NCBI GenBank assembly: GCA_963702435.1
Contig: CAVPCR010000001.1
Location: forward strand, 512,001-576,000
DNA length: 64,000 nucleotides
From: Candidatus Eiseniibacteriota bacterium
Lineage (GTDB): Bacteria > Eisenbacteria > RBG-16-71-46 > CAVPCR01
Direction of reading: 5' to 3'
Part shown: piece after piece, positions 18,830 to 31,448 of the stretch
How positions within the stretch are numbered: position 1 is the stretch's first letter
Layout: every line of letters begins with the position of its first letter
Notes under the pieces: generated by a model
What the model was told of the DNA's origin: nothing
The model's database searches: none
The model's input: only the letters and a program-made list of their open reading frames with translations
Position numbers and translations under genes: made by a program

Positions 18830-19031
18830 CGCACACCAGGCGACCCGCGCGCCGCCGCGGATCGCGGGCGGCGAAAAGTACATCGCGGGACCACATCCAT
18901 CATACCCGATGGGCGCCGCTCGCCGCGATGACAGAACGCTCCCCCCGATGACAGAACGCTCGCCGCGAGGCACCGCGACCCCGTGCCGCGGCGCGCATGG
19001 GGCAAATGGCGCAGCGCCGCCGGGCGCGCTG

Positions 19032-19745
19032 CTACGGCCGGCGCGCCGTCCGCATCGCCTCGCGCGCGATGGTCCACAGGATGATCGACCCCGCGCCGAC
19101 GACGCCGCGCACGGTGCCGGAGATCTTCGAGCGGCCGATCCGCGGGCGATAGCTCACGTCCACCTCGCGCACACGAAGTCGGTGCTGCAAGGCCCGGACC
19201 TGCATCTCGACCGTCCACCCGTAGCCGCGATCGGTCATCGCGAGACGCGCGAGCGCGGCGGCGGTCACGGCACGGAAGGGGCCGAGATCGGTATAGGCGT
19301 GTCCGTAGCGGAGGCGGATGAGCGCGGTCGCCAGCGCATTGCCGAAGCGCGCCTGCGGCGTCAAGGCCCCGGGTGCAGCGCGCGCGACCCGCGATCCGAT
19401 GACCAGCTCGGCCTCGTCCGCGTAGAGCGGATCGAGGAGGAGCGGGAGCTCGGCGGGATCGTCGGCCAGGTCGGCGTCGATCGTGGCGAGCGCGAACGGC
19501 GGGGCGGGACGCGCGAGCGCCACGGCGATCCCGGCGGCGACCGCAGCGCCGTAGCCGCGCTCGGGGACCGCGATGACCGTCGCCCCCGCGGCGCGGGCCA
19601 CCTCCGCCGTCCGATCGGTCGACCCGTTGTCGGCGACGATGATCTCCGCGACGCGGGGATCGACGATCGCGCCGACGACCGTCCCCACCGCCGCCTCCTC
19701 GTCGAGCGCAGGGATGACGACGGTCGTTGTGCGCGCGACCTTCAC
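19032..19745 (-). CDS. Glycosyltransferase family 2 (DPM/DPG synthase-like)
   Basis: [44 protein letters not shown] start with GAGGAG RBS. Confidence 0.88.
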   Translation of the reverse strand: MKVARTTTVVIPALDEEAAVGTVVGAIVDPRVAEIIVADNGSTDRTAEVARAAGATVIAVPERGYGAAVAAGIAVALARPAPPFALATIDADLADDPAELPLLLDPLYADEAELVIGSRVARAAPGALTPQARFGNALATALIRLRYGHAYTDLGPFRAVTAAALARLAMTDRGYGWTVEMQVRALQHRLRVREVDVSYRPRIGRSKISGTVRGVVGAGSIILWTIAREAMRTARRP

Positions 19746-19870
19746 GAGAGCCACTCCTCGCTCGCGCCGGATGTTCGCTTCAGGAGCCGGGCCGAGCCCC
19801 GCGATGCGCACGCAATGGGGCGGCGCGCCGCGGGCCCGGGGCGCGCCTCGAGCGTCCAGCCGCTGTCCGT

Positions 19871-22697
<2,827 letters not shown>

Positions 22698-22784
22698 ATC
22701 GCCTCGCCTTGCAGCCGCTGAAAGGGTGAACTCTGCACTGAGATTCGCATCACGCTGGCTCCGGCGGCCGGCGGCGCTCCCGCG

Positions 22785-23879
22785 CTAGGGGTGCGCCCCG
22801 TTCCGCTCGAGCCTGAAGACCGGTTGAATGCGTCCGACCACCGTGCCGCGCCAGTTGCGAAGATGCGGCGCGTGGGTGTGCGCGAGCGGGCCCAGCTCCT
22901 CCTCGCTCACCACCGCGAGCTGGCGGAGCACCTCCAGCACGACCGGGCCGATCGCCCGCGCCGATCCGTCCTCGATGCGGACGGCGAATCCGAGGTCGGC
23001 TTGGGGCACCGCCACGCAGAAGAGCCCCTCGGCACCGCCCTTGCCCAGGAGCCGCCCGCCGAGCGTGGACATGAGAGCGGCGTTGAAGCTCCCCGGCTCG
23101 CCGAGCATGTCGGCCCGCACCGCCATCGCCGCGTGGATGCGCGCCGCGGCTCCGCGCCGGTCCTCGCGCGCCAGGCGCGCGAAGCGCCCGAAGGCGGCGG
23201 CGAACGCCGCGAGCGGCGCGTAGAGCGTCGGCGCGCTGCAGCCGTCGATGCCGAAGTGGGCCTCGCGGCGGGCGAGACCCGCGAGCTCCGCCGTGCGCTC
23301 GAGGATCCGCTCCTGGGCCGGATGCGCCGGCTCGAGGTAGTGCGCCGGATCGGCGCCCAGGTGGGCAGCGAGCGCGAGCATCGCCGCGTGCTTCCCCGAG
23401 CAGTTGTTGTAGAGCGGCGAGAAGGGAGAGTCCGGCCCGTGCCCGAGCGGCACGGCCGGCGACGCCGCGCCCGTCTCCCCCGCCGCCGGAGTCACCGCCC
23501 CGTCGTGCCGCATCACGAGCCGGAGGCTCTCCCGGTTCCGCGGCTCCTGGTAACCACAGGCCAGGAGCTCGGGACCGTAGCCCGCGCGCGCGAGGATGTC
23601 GCGGGCCGCCGCCACGTGCTCCGGAGCCCCCGAATGCGACGACGCCGCCGCCGCGAGCTCCCGTTCGCCGAGCGCGAAGCGATCGAAAGCCCCGCTCTCC
23701 ACGGTCGGGAGGAGCTGGATCGGTTTCGCCGAGGAGCGGAAGTAGAACGGACGCGCCGCCGTCCCGACGTGGGCGACGAGCCGGCCCGCGCCGTCGGCCA
23801 CCGCGACCATGCCGCGATGCACCGACTCGAGCACGTCCGAGCGAGCGACGGTGACGAGCACCGGAGCCGTGTCGGTCAT
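22785..23879 (-). CDS. Asparaginase II family (Rhizobium etli-type L-asparaginase)
   Basis: ESVHRG, RSSAKPIQ, SHSG, NNCSGKH, DGCSAPT, KGGAEG motifs. Confidence 0.88.
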   Translation of the reverse strand: MTDTAPVLVTVARSDVLESVHRGMVAVADGAGRLVAHVGTAARPFYFRSSAKPIQLLPTVESGAFDRFALGERELAAAASSHSGAPEHVAAARDILARAGYGPELLACGYQEPRNRESLRLVMRHDGAVTPAAGETGAASPAVPLGHGPDSPFSPLYNNCSGKHAAMLALAAHLGADPAHYLEPAHPAQERILERTAELAGLARREAHFGIDGCSAPTLYAPLAAFAAAFGRFARLAREDRRGAAARIHAAMAVRADMLGEPGSFNAALMSTLGGRLLGKGGAEGLFCVAVPQADLGFAVRIEDGSARAIGPVVLEVLRQLAVVSEEELGPLAHTHAPHLRNWRGTVVGRIQPVFRLERNGAHP

Positions 23880-23907
23880 TCCCCTCTCGGTTTCTCTCAG
23901 TCTCTTC

Positions 23908-25410
23908 TCAGGTATCGATCTGGGCCCGCTGCAGCTTCCCCGAGTAGTCGACGTACACCGCCTTCCACTCGCTGAACACGTCGAGCACCGTGTGGCTCGC
24001 CTCGCGATGCCCGTTCCCGGTGTCCTTGACCCCGCCGAACGGCAGGTGCACCTCGGCGCCGATGGTCGGCCCGTTCACGTAGGTGATGCCCGCCTCGATG
24101 TCGCGGATGGCGCGCATCGCGGCGTTCACGTCGCGCGTGTAGATGGACGAGGAGAGGCCGTACCGCGTGCCGTTCAGCACCCGGATCGCCTCGTCGAAGC
24201 CGTCCACGACGACGATCGAGAGCACGGGGCCGAAGATCTCCTCCTGCTCGATGCGCATCCCCGGCTTGACGTCGGCGAAGATGGTGGGCTTGTAGAACCA
24301 GCCGCGGGCGAGCTCGCCCTCGGTCGCCGGCTCGCCGCCCAGGAGCATGCGCGCTCCCTCGCGCTTCCCGATCTCGACGTACTCGTGGATGCCCTGGCGC
24401 GCCTCCTCGTTGACCACCGGTCCGACCTGGACCGCCGGATCGAGGCCGTCGCCGAGGCGAAGCCCCTTCGTCCGCTCGACCAGCATCTCGGTCATCTGCT
24501 TGGCGATGGGACGGTCGAGGACGAGCCGGCTCGTCGCCGTGCAGCGCTGGCCCGTGGTGCCGAAGGCGCCCCACAGGACCCCCTCGAGCGCGAGATCGAT
24601 GTCGGCATCGCGCATCACGATCTGCGCGTTCTTGCCGCCGAGCTCGAGCGAGCAGCGCTTGAGCATCTGGCCGCAGCGGCCGCCGATCGCCTGGCCGGCG
24701 GACGAGGACCCGGTGAACGAGATGAGACGGACGCTCGGATGCTCGACGATCGGGGTCCCGACCTCGCGGCCCGACCCGTGCACGATGTTGACGACCCCCG
24801 CCGGCAGGCCGCACTCCTCGAGCACCCGCCCGAGCTCGGCGACCGAGGCCGGCGTGTCGGAGGCCGGCTTGATCACGACCGTGTTGCCGCAGACGAGCGC
24901 GGGGAACATCTTCCAGGTCGGGATGGCGAGCGGGAAGTTCCACGGCGTGATGAGCCCGCACACCCCCACCGGCTGCCGGATGGACATGGCGAGCTTGTTG
25001 GGGAGCTCGGAGGGCGTGGTATCGCCGTAGAGGCGCCGCCCCTCGCCCGCCATGTAGAAGGCGGTGTCGATCCCCTCCTGCACATCGCCGCGCGTCTCGA
25101 CGAGGACCTTCCCCATCTCGCGGGTCATGATCCGCGAGATCTCCTCCTTCCGCTCGGTGAGGCGGAGCCCCACTTTCATGACGAGCTCCGCCCGCCTCGG
25201 CGCGGGCACGAGCCGCCAGCTCGCGAAGGCCTCGGTCGCGGCCTCGACGGCGCGGTTCACATCCTCGGGCCCCGACTGGGGGAAGATGCCGACGACCTCG
25301 TCCTTCCGGGCCGGGTTCCGGTCCTCGAAGGTGCGACCCGACGCGGCGGCGACCCAGCGCCCGCCGATCCAGTTCTTGTACTCCGTGGCCACCATGGTCT
25401 GTGTGCTCAT
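23908..25410 (-). CDS. NAD(P)-dependent aldehyde dehydrogenase
   Basis: ITPWNFP, FTGS, LELGGKN, GQRCTA (catalytic Cys), EEIFGP, PFGG. Confidence 0.95.
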   Translation of the reverse strand: MSTQTMVATEYKNWIGGRWVAAASGRTFEDRNPARKDEVVGIFPQSGPEDVNRAVEAATEAFASWRLVPAPRRAELVMKVGLRLTERKEEISRIMTREMGKVLVETRGDVQEGIDTAFYMAGEGRRLYGDTTPSELPNKLAMSIRQPVGVCGLITPWNFPLAIPTWKMFPALVCGNTVVIKPASDTPASVAELGRVLEECGLPAGVVNIVHGSGREVGTPIVEHPSVRLISFTGSSSAGQAIGGRCGQMLKRCSLELGGKNAQIVMRDADIDLALEGVLWGAFGTTGQRCTATSRLVLDRPIAKQMTEMLVERTKGLRLGDGLDPAVQVGPVVNEEARQGIHEYVEIGKREGARMLLGGEPATEGELARGWFYKPTIFADVKPGMRIEQEEIFGPVLSIVVVDGFDEAIRVLNGTRYGLSSSIYTRDVNAAMRAIRDIEAGITYVNGPTIGAEVHLPFGGVKDTGNGHREASHTVLDVFSEWKAVYVDYSGKLQRAQIDT

Positions 25411-25538
25411 GTTCAGGATTCTCCGGCGGGACTGCTCATCCGGGGGGATTCCAGGAAGCGGTAACTACATGTGAATAACAGAGAAAGCTCGTGCGCGCAA
25501 GTACTTTCCCGGCCGCCGCGGGGCCCCGGGGACCGCTC

Positions 25539-26870
25539 TCACGCCCGCTCTCCCCGGCGGCGCGCGCGCGCGAGCCACGCCCCGAGCGCGACCGCTCCGG
25601 CGACGGCCACGACCAGGAGGAGCGGATGGCTCACGAGCGCGTAGCGGCCGCGGATCGCGAAGTTCATGTAGAAGAGGGACTGCCAGAGGAAGACGGCGTA
25701 CAGGATCGCATAACGCTCGCGCACCGCGAACGAGGCGGCGAGACCGATGAGGAAGACGGGCAGCACGGCGCTCATCAGCGCCATGTTCACGACTCCCTGC
25801 TCGGGGTTGTAGCGGTGGATGGCCGGGCTCCCCCACCAGTAGTAGAGGAGCCGCTCCGCCGAGCGCCGAGCGGTGAGCCACGGCTCCGCGCGGGCGAAGG
25901 CAAGGCCCTCCGCGAGCAGGTACCGATCGAAGTCGGCCTCGTTCATGGTGTCGAGCGCGCGGCGGTCGATCACCTTCCAGCGCAGGTCGTCGTAGGCGCA
26001 CAGGATGTTGGTGTGCGGGCGCGCGTAGGCGTTCTGGCCGCCCAGGTAGTTGAAGCCGATGTTGGTGGCGACCGGGATGAAGCGGTGATGGATCGCGGCG
26101 TTCCGGATGGTCCAGGGCAGGACGACGAGGAGGGCGACCAGGAGCGCCACCGCGGCGAGGCCGATCGCCCGCGTCCAGCGCGCCCCCATGGCGCGGAAGG
26201 CGGCCGGGACGAAGAGGAGCGAGCCGAGGAAAGCGGGGAGCGCGTAGGCGAGGAGCCCATAGCCGACGCCCGCCCGCGCCGCGTCGGCGAAGCGCCGGCT
26301 CCGGCCCGCCGTGAACAGGAGGAGCGCGATCCAGGGCACGAGGAGCGCCTCGAAGGTGACCGAGTAGGCCGCCGCCGAGTAGACGACGAGCGGCGGCCAC
26401 AGGGCGACGGCGTAGCCGGCGGCCAGCGCCATATTCTGCGGTTTAACGTTACTTATTGTGGGAAAGCCGGCGGCTGCTCCGCGCTCCGGACCGGCCCCGA
26501 AGACGCAGGCTGCGAGCCGGCGGGTGACGACCGCGGTCGCCGCCGACACGACGGCCTGCCCGACCTGCATCGCCGGCACCCAGCCGCTCGCGCCGAAGAG
26601 GAGCTTCAGGAGGGCGATGAACGCCGGATAGAACGGCGGGAAGAACGAGGTGCGCGGCACGGTCGAGCCGTAGAACTCCCAGACGAAGCCGCGCCCGGCG
26701 AGGAGATTGTCGGCGAGGGTGCCGAGCTCGAGCCCGGTCACCGTGACATGCCGGCGCGAGTAGAGGAAGGTGAGTCCGAGCCGGACGGCGAGCGCAAGCA
26801 GGAAGAGCCCGCGATCGCTCGCCAGGAACCGCCGGAGCCGGGCCGCGAAGCTCCGCTCAGGGGCCGCCAT
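25539..26870 (-). CDS. ArnT/GT39-like membrane glycosyltransferase
   Basis: LADNLLAGRGF, PPFYP, PWTIRN motifs and many TM helices; start MAAPERS preceded by GGAGGTG. Confidence 0.75.
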   Translation of the reverse strand: MAAPERSFAARLRRFLASDRGLFLLALAVRLGLTFLYSRRHVTVTGLELGTLADNLLAGRGFVWEFYGSTVPRTSFFPPFYPAFIALLKLLFGASGWVPAMQVGQAVVSAATAVVTRRLAACVFGAGPERGAAAGFPTISNVKPQNMALAAGYAVALWPPLVVYSAAAYSVTFEALLVPWIALLLFTAGRSRRFADAARAGVGYGLLAYALPAFLGSLLFVPAAFRAMGARWTRAIGLAAVALLVALLVVLPWTIRNAAIHHRFIPVATNIGFNYLGGQNAYARPHTNILCAYDDLRWKVIDRRALDTMNEADFDRYLLAEGLAFARAEPWLTARRSAERLLYYWWGSPAIHRYNPEQGVVNMALMSAVLPVFLIGLAASFAVRERYAILYAVFLWQSLFYMNFAIRGRYALVSHPLLLVVAVAGAVALGAWLARARRRGERA

Positions 26871-28509
26871 CGTCACCTCCTCGTGCGCCATCGGGCGGCT
26901 CATCATGGCGCGCCGGCGGCGCGGCCGCGGGCGCCGCGGCGGGGCCCGGCGCGGGCCCGCCCGCCGTCTTCTCGATGGCATAGGCGGCGAAGCGGCGATT
27001 GGTCGCGATCGACTCCTTCCTCATCCGGAAGCGGGGATCGAACTTGAAGTCGCGGAGCTCCATCCCTTCCGGCGGCCGGATCGAGTAGTGCGAGTCCCAG
27101 ATGACCATGGTCCCGGGCGGCGCGGCCTCGATGGCGCTCCGCTTGACGAGCGGCACGCCGCCCACCGGGAGACGCCCGGCCGCGGAGAGCTCGCGGAGGA
27201 ACCAGGGATGGCTCGCGATGACCGGCGCCGCGGCGCGATCCGACGCGGCGAACCAGGACCACAGGGCGAGCACCGCTTCCTGCTCCGGATCCGGCCGGAG
27301 CGGCGGCTCGGCGATCACCGCATGGACCAGAGCGAGCGCGACGAGGACAGAGGCGCCGAGCGCGGCGCGGGCAGCGGGACGCGCCGCCCGCCGGCCGCGG
27401 GGAGCGCGACTCGCCCACACGACCACGGCCAGGACGAGGAGCGCGACCGTGATCCGGATCAGCTCGAACGGCCCCTCTACGCGATGGTGCTTGACGAGGG
27501 CGCGCGACAGGAACACGGCGATCACCACCGCCCCCGCCGCGAGGACGACGCGGGCCGATCGCGCGGCCTCCCCGCCGCGGAGCGCCGCGGTCAGGCCGCG
27601 GCCCGCGGCGAGCGCGAAGACCGGCGCCGGCGCCACCAGATGGCGGAGAAAGCCGGCCGCATGTCCCACCGAGAGCTTCCAGGAGAGAAGCACGTACAGG
27701 AGGACGACGAACCCGGGCAGGACGGTGAGGAGATCGCGCCGCCGCGCGGCCACGGAAGCACCGAGATCGACGAGCAGGAAGAGGAAGACGACCGGCCCGA
27801 CCACGAAGACGAGCCCGCGCAGGTAGTGCCAGAAGCTGGTATGCCCGTAGAGATTCTCCTCGCCGGTGAAGACCTGCCCAAGGAACCACATCGGCTCGCC
27901 GTACACGACCGCCCCCGCGAGCGCCCACAGGAGGATTCCGGCGCCGGCGAGGAGGGCGCGCCAGCGCCCGGACCCGGGAGTGCGGAGCAGGTAGACGAGC
28001 GCACAGATCCCGACCACCACGGCGAGCTCGAGCCGCGCGAGGGGCACGAGCCCGGCGAGGAGGAGGGCGCTGGTCGGCCGCCCTGCGAACCATGCCCAGA
28101 GCGCGAGCGCGACCACGAGCGCGGCGAGCGGCTCGGTGAGGCTCGAGTACGAGAGCAGGATGACGAAGGGCATGGTGCCGAAGAGCCCGCCGGCGAGCGG
28201 CGCGGAGAGGCCGGCCCTCTTCCCGGCGAATCCGGTCGCGATCACGCCGAGCGCAGTCAGGACCGCGGTCATGATCCGGACCGCGCCGAAGCCGAGCTGG
28301 GCCGGGAGCGCGTAGACGAGCGTGAAGAGCGGGCGGCCCCACAGGTTCAGGAAGAGCTCGGGGCGCGCCGGGGCGTCGCGCGCGATCAGGTAGTGCCCGA
28401 TATCGTCGTCGTTGTAGACGCCGCGGGCGAGGAGCCCCTCGCCGACGTAGAGGGCGAAGAGCCCGCAGGCGAGGGCGAGGAGGAGCGTGCGTTCGCGGCG
28501 GGCCGTCAT
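26857..28509 (-). CDS. Polytopic membrane protein, probable GT-C-fold glycosyltransferase
   Basis: C-terminal part of ORF 26857..30135 from MTARRERT; YNDDDIGHYLIAR, WGRPLFT, LTEPL, ARLE; start overlaps the GT2 stop. Confidence 0.68.
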   Translation of the reverse strand: MTARRERTLLLALACGLFALYVGEGLLARGVYNDDDIGHYLIARDAPARPELFLNLWGRPLFTLVYALPAQLGFGAVRIMTAVLTALGVIATGFAGKRAGLSAPLAGGLFGTMPFVILLSYSSLTEPLAALVVALALWAWFAGRPTSALLLAGLVPLARLELAVVVGICALVYLLRTPGSGRWRALLAGAGILLWALAGAVVYGEPMWFLGQVFTGEENLYGHTSFWHYLRGLVFVVGPVVFLFLLVDLGASVAARRRDLLTVLPGFVVLLYVLLSWKLSVGHAAGFLRHLVAPAPVFALAAGRGLTAALRGGEAARSARVVLAAGAVVIAVFLSRALVKHHRVEGPFELIRITVALLVLAVVVWASRAPRGRRAARPAARAALGASVLVALALVHAVIAEPPLRPDPEQEAVLALWSWFAASDRAAAPVIASHPWFLRELSAAGRLPVGGVPLVKRSAIEAAPPGTMVIWDSHYSIRPPEGMELRDFKFDPRFRMRKESIATNRRFAAYAIEKTAGGPAPGPAAAPAAAPPARHDEPPDGARGGDDGGP

Positions 28510-29204
28510 CAGTCGACGAACCTGTACTTGAGGAGCGTCCACAGCGCCTGGGCACCGTCGCGCCAGCCGATCTTCTTCCCCTCCGCCTTGGTCCGTGCCG
28601 CGTAGCGGACGGCCACCTCCCGGATCTCGACGCCGCGCTTGGCGAGCTTGGCCGTGATCTCGGGCTCGATGTCGAACCCGTCGGCCTTGAGCCGCGCCGC
28701 GCGCAGGAGATCGGTGCGGACGAGCTTGTAGCAGGTCTCCATGTCGGTGAGGCGGAGGCCGTAGAGGAGCCGGGTGACGCCGGTCAGGAAGCGATTGGCG
28801 GCTGCCGTGACCCGGGTCATCCGCGGTGCGGCACCGGCGAGGAAGCGGGAGCCGTACACGCACTCGGCTCCCGCCGCCACCGGAGCGAGCAGGACCGCGT
28901 AGTCGGCCGGATCGTACTCGAGATCGGCATCCTGGATCAGCACGTAGTCGCCGCCGGCCGCGACGAGCCCGGTGCGCACCGCCGCGCCCTTGCCGCGGTT
29001 CGAGGGGTGGAGGATCACCCGGAGATCCGCGCCGACCTCCCCGACCAGGAGCTCGCGCGTGCCGTCGGTCGACCCGTCGTCGACGAGCACGATCTCGCGC
29101 TCCACCCCGGGCAATTCGACCGAGCGGATGCGGGCGAGCACGGCGGCGATGGTCGCCCGCTCGTTGTAGACCGGCACGATGATCGAGAGCTTCAGGTCGG
29201 CCAC
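28509..29204 (-). CDS. Glycosyltransferase family 2, polyprenol-phosphate glycosyltransferase (DPM1-like)
   Basis: SIIVPVYNE, VDDGSTDGT, NRGKGAA, QDADLEYDP, TDMETCYK, GKKIGWRDG. Confidence 0.92.
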   Translation of the reverse strand: MADLKLSIIVPVYNERATIAAVLARIRSVELPGVEREIVLVDDGSTDGTRELLVGEVGADLRVILHPSNRGKGAAVRTGLVAAGGDYVLIQDADLEYDPADYAVLLAPVAAGAECVYGSRFLAGAAPRMTRVTAAANRFLTGVTRLLYGLRLTDMETCYKLVRTDLLRAARLKADGFDIEPEITAKLAKRGVEIREVAVRYAARTKAEGKKIGWRDGAQALWTLLKYRFVD

Positions 29205-29216
29205 GATCGCGCCCCT

Positions 29217-31448
29217 CTATCGCCCGTCGAGGAACCAGCGCACGGCGGCCCGCGACAGGCCGTCGACCTCCGCCGCCGCCAGGAAGTAGAGCGGGAATCC
29301 GCACACGAACACGCGGCCCTGACCCGGTCCCGCATAGCGCAGCGCGCATGCCGCATCGTCGAGGTACGAGCGGCCCGGCGGCGTGAGCTGGAGGCGCGCG
29401 TTCGACTGGTAGAAGTAGAGCGTGTCGAGCCGCCCGCCGAGGGGGGCGAGCTGCGCGCTGATATCGAGCCCGAGCGGCACCACCATCCCCTCGCAGCTGG
29501 GGACTCCCTTGACCGGGTTCGTGAACGGCGCGCGGGCGACGCGCAGATCGGGAAATCCCTCGTTCCGCGCCGTGAGCGAGGCCGTCGCCCCCTCGAAGCC
29601 GTTCAGCCGCTGGAAGGTGACCGTGACGCCGCCGTTCCGGAAGCAGCCGTTGGTGCACTCGGGGCCCTCGCGCACCGATTCGAGCTTCAGGAACCGGTAG
29701 AGGAAATCGTCCGGTGCGAAGCCGAACACGCCGAGGCCCACGGAGCCCTCCGCGCGCCGCGTGCGCGAGAAGGTGCCGGTGCCGGAGAGCCAGAGATCGC
29801 CGCCCGCCTCGACGTAGGCCGCGAGGAAGTTGTCCTCCCCTTCCTTGTTCATGTGGCGGAGCTGGCTCGTCTCCTCGGAGCGCAGGTTCCAGATCACGAG
29901 CTTGTAGCGGGCCAGGTTGGCGAGGGTCACCTGTCCGCGGTAGATCCAGTAGGGCGCGCTCGTCGAGTCGATCTCCATCTCGCGCAGCGTGGCGTTGCCG
30001 CTCCGCGGGTCGAGCGGCTCGTAGCGATCCACGATCCAGTCGGCGTGACCGGCGGCGGCGAGGGCGTCCCGGATGGTCCCCATCACGAACTGGTCGTGAC
30101 ACTGGTCCTGCGGCCAGTCGCCCGACTGGTTCCACGCCGCGGGCGGCGGCGGTGGGCTGCAGTCCGCGTCCACCCGCCCGGTGGAGTCGCCGCCGAAGTC
30201 ATCGACATAGAGGACGTCGCGTTCCTGGGACAGCGGCACCACGACCAGGGTGATGTCGGCGATCAAGGCGGTGCCGACGTCATCGCGGGTGCGTACGTAG
30301 AGGATGTGCTCCTCGGCCCGCGCCCCCGGCGGCAGGTTGAAACGGAGAACGGTCCGGGTGAGCGTGGCGCTCTCCGGCGACCAGCCGGGGTTGGCGAAGT
30401 CGAGGTCGGTCAGGTCGAGACCGTAGGAGTAGCCGGCGATGCGGCCGCCATACTCGGAGGCGTCGGCGCGCCAGGTGAAAGTGATGTTGGTCGAGGCCGG
30501 CACCTGGAAGGTCTTCCGGCGCTCGTCCGCGGTGGGAAAGCCGGTCGACTTGACGGCGCTCGAGACCACGAGCGAGGGCTGCCCGCCGTTCTCGCGGGCG
30601 CGGATGCGGAGGATGTTGGTCGGCCCCGGCGACGCCGACGAGCGCAGGCGGGGCTCGATGGCCCCCGCCTGGTCGAGGGCGCGCACGCCGAACAGGTAGT
30701 CGACGGGAATCGCCAGGTCGCGCAACGGGACGCGCAGGCGCCGCTCGAACGGCGACCAGCCGTCCCCGGGCGAGTCCGGGTCGTAGAGGACCGACTCCAT
30801 CTGGGCGGGCGCGAGACGCAGCACATCGGCGACCGGCACCAGGCGATAGGAATAGCCGACAGGATCCTCGGTGCCGTCGCGATCGGTCCCGCGCCAGCTC
30901 ACGGTGAAGGTAGGGCCGAGCGTGATCAGGACCGCAGGGCTGGGCACCACGATCTCGGTCTCCGGAGCGAAGGTCTCGGCGGTGAAGGACAGGGCGGCCG
31001 GGGCCGACTCCGCGCCGTCGTCGTCGACCGCCTTCAAGAAGAAGGTGTGGGCGCCCCGGAAACGGTAGCGGTCGAGCCACACGCCGGACGGGCCGAGCAC
31101 GATGCGGTCCACGCCGGCCGAGTCGGGTGCCGCGAACATGAGGGTCACCTCGTAGGCCTCCGTCGGGAACCAGGCATCGGGGCTCAGGGTGTCGTCCACC
31201 GCGATGAGGAAGCGGCGTACCTGCCCGTCGGTGTCGGACGCGTTCCAGTTGAAGGTCGTGATGAAGACGTCCACCGAGTCGCGGATGGGACCGGCGGAGA
31301 TGGTGACGACCGGAGGCCGGTTGGGTATCGGGACGTCCTGCGGCGTCTCGGCGCAGGCAGCCAGGGCCAGAACGAGCGCGGCGACGGAGAGACGGCCGGC
31401 GGATCTGCGCGTCCGCTCAGCGGACGATGACCAGGCGGCCGATATCAT
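29217..31448 (-). CDS. Lipoprotein with Ig/FN3-like repeats and C-terminal alpha/beta domain (paralog of 32522..34726)
   Basis: Lipobox LAAC; FNWNASDTDGQV, HTFFLKAVDDDGA, PETEI repeats; long identical stretches shared with the paralog. Confidence 0.72.
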   Translation of the reverse strand: MISAAWSSSAERTRRSAGRLSVAALVLALAACAETPQDVPIPNRPPVVTISAGPIRDSVDVFITTFNWNASDTDGQVRRFLIAVDDTLSPDAWFPTEAYEVTLMFAAPDSAGVDRIVLGPSGVWLDRYRFRGAHTFFLKAVDDDGAESAPAALSFTAETFAPETEIVVPSPAVLITLGPTFTVSWRGTDRDGTEDPVGYSYRLVPVADVLRLAPAQMESVLYDPDSPGDGWSPFERRLRVPLRDLAIPVDYLFGVRALDQAGAIEPRLRSSASPGPTNILRIRARENGGQPSLVVSSAVKSTGFPTADERRKTFQVPASTNITFTWRADASEYGGRIAGYSYGLDLTDLDFANPGWSPESATLTRTVLRFNLPPGARAEEHILYVRTRDDVGTALIADITLVVVPLSQERDVLYVDDFGGDSTGRVDADCSPPPPPAAWNQSGDWPQDQCHDQFVMGTIRDALAAAGHADWIVDRYEPLDPRSGNATLREMEIDSTSAPYWIYRGQVTLANLARYKLVIWNLRSEETSQLRHMNKEGEDNFLAAYVEAGGDLWLSGTGTFSRTRRAEGSVGLGVFGFAPDDFLYRFLKLESVREGPECTNGCFRNGGVTVTFQRLNGFEGATASLTARNEGFPDLRVARAPFTNPVKGVPSCEGMVVPLGLDISAQLAPLGGRLDTLYFYQSNARLQLTPPGRSYLDDAACALRYAGPGQGRVFVCGFPLYFLAAAEVDGLSRAAVRWFLDGR

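Noticed and set aside
26857..30135. 1,092-aa ORF as a single gene
   Set aside because: The N-terminal half overlaps the GT2 and lipoprotein genes out of frame; the real start is 28509
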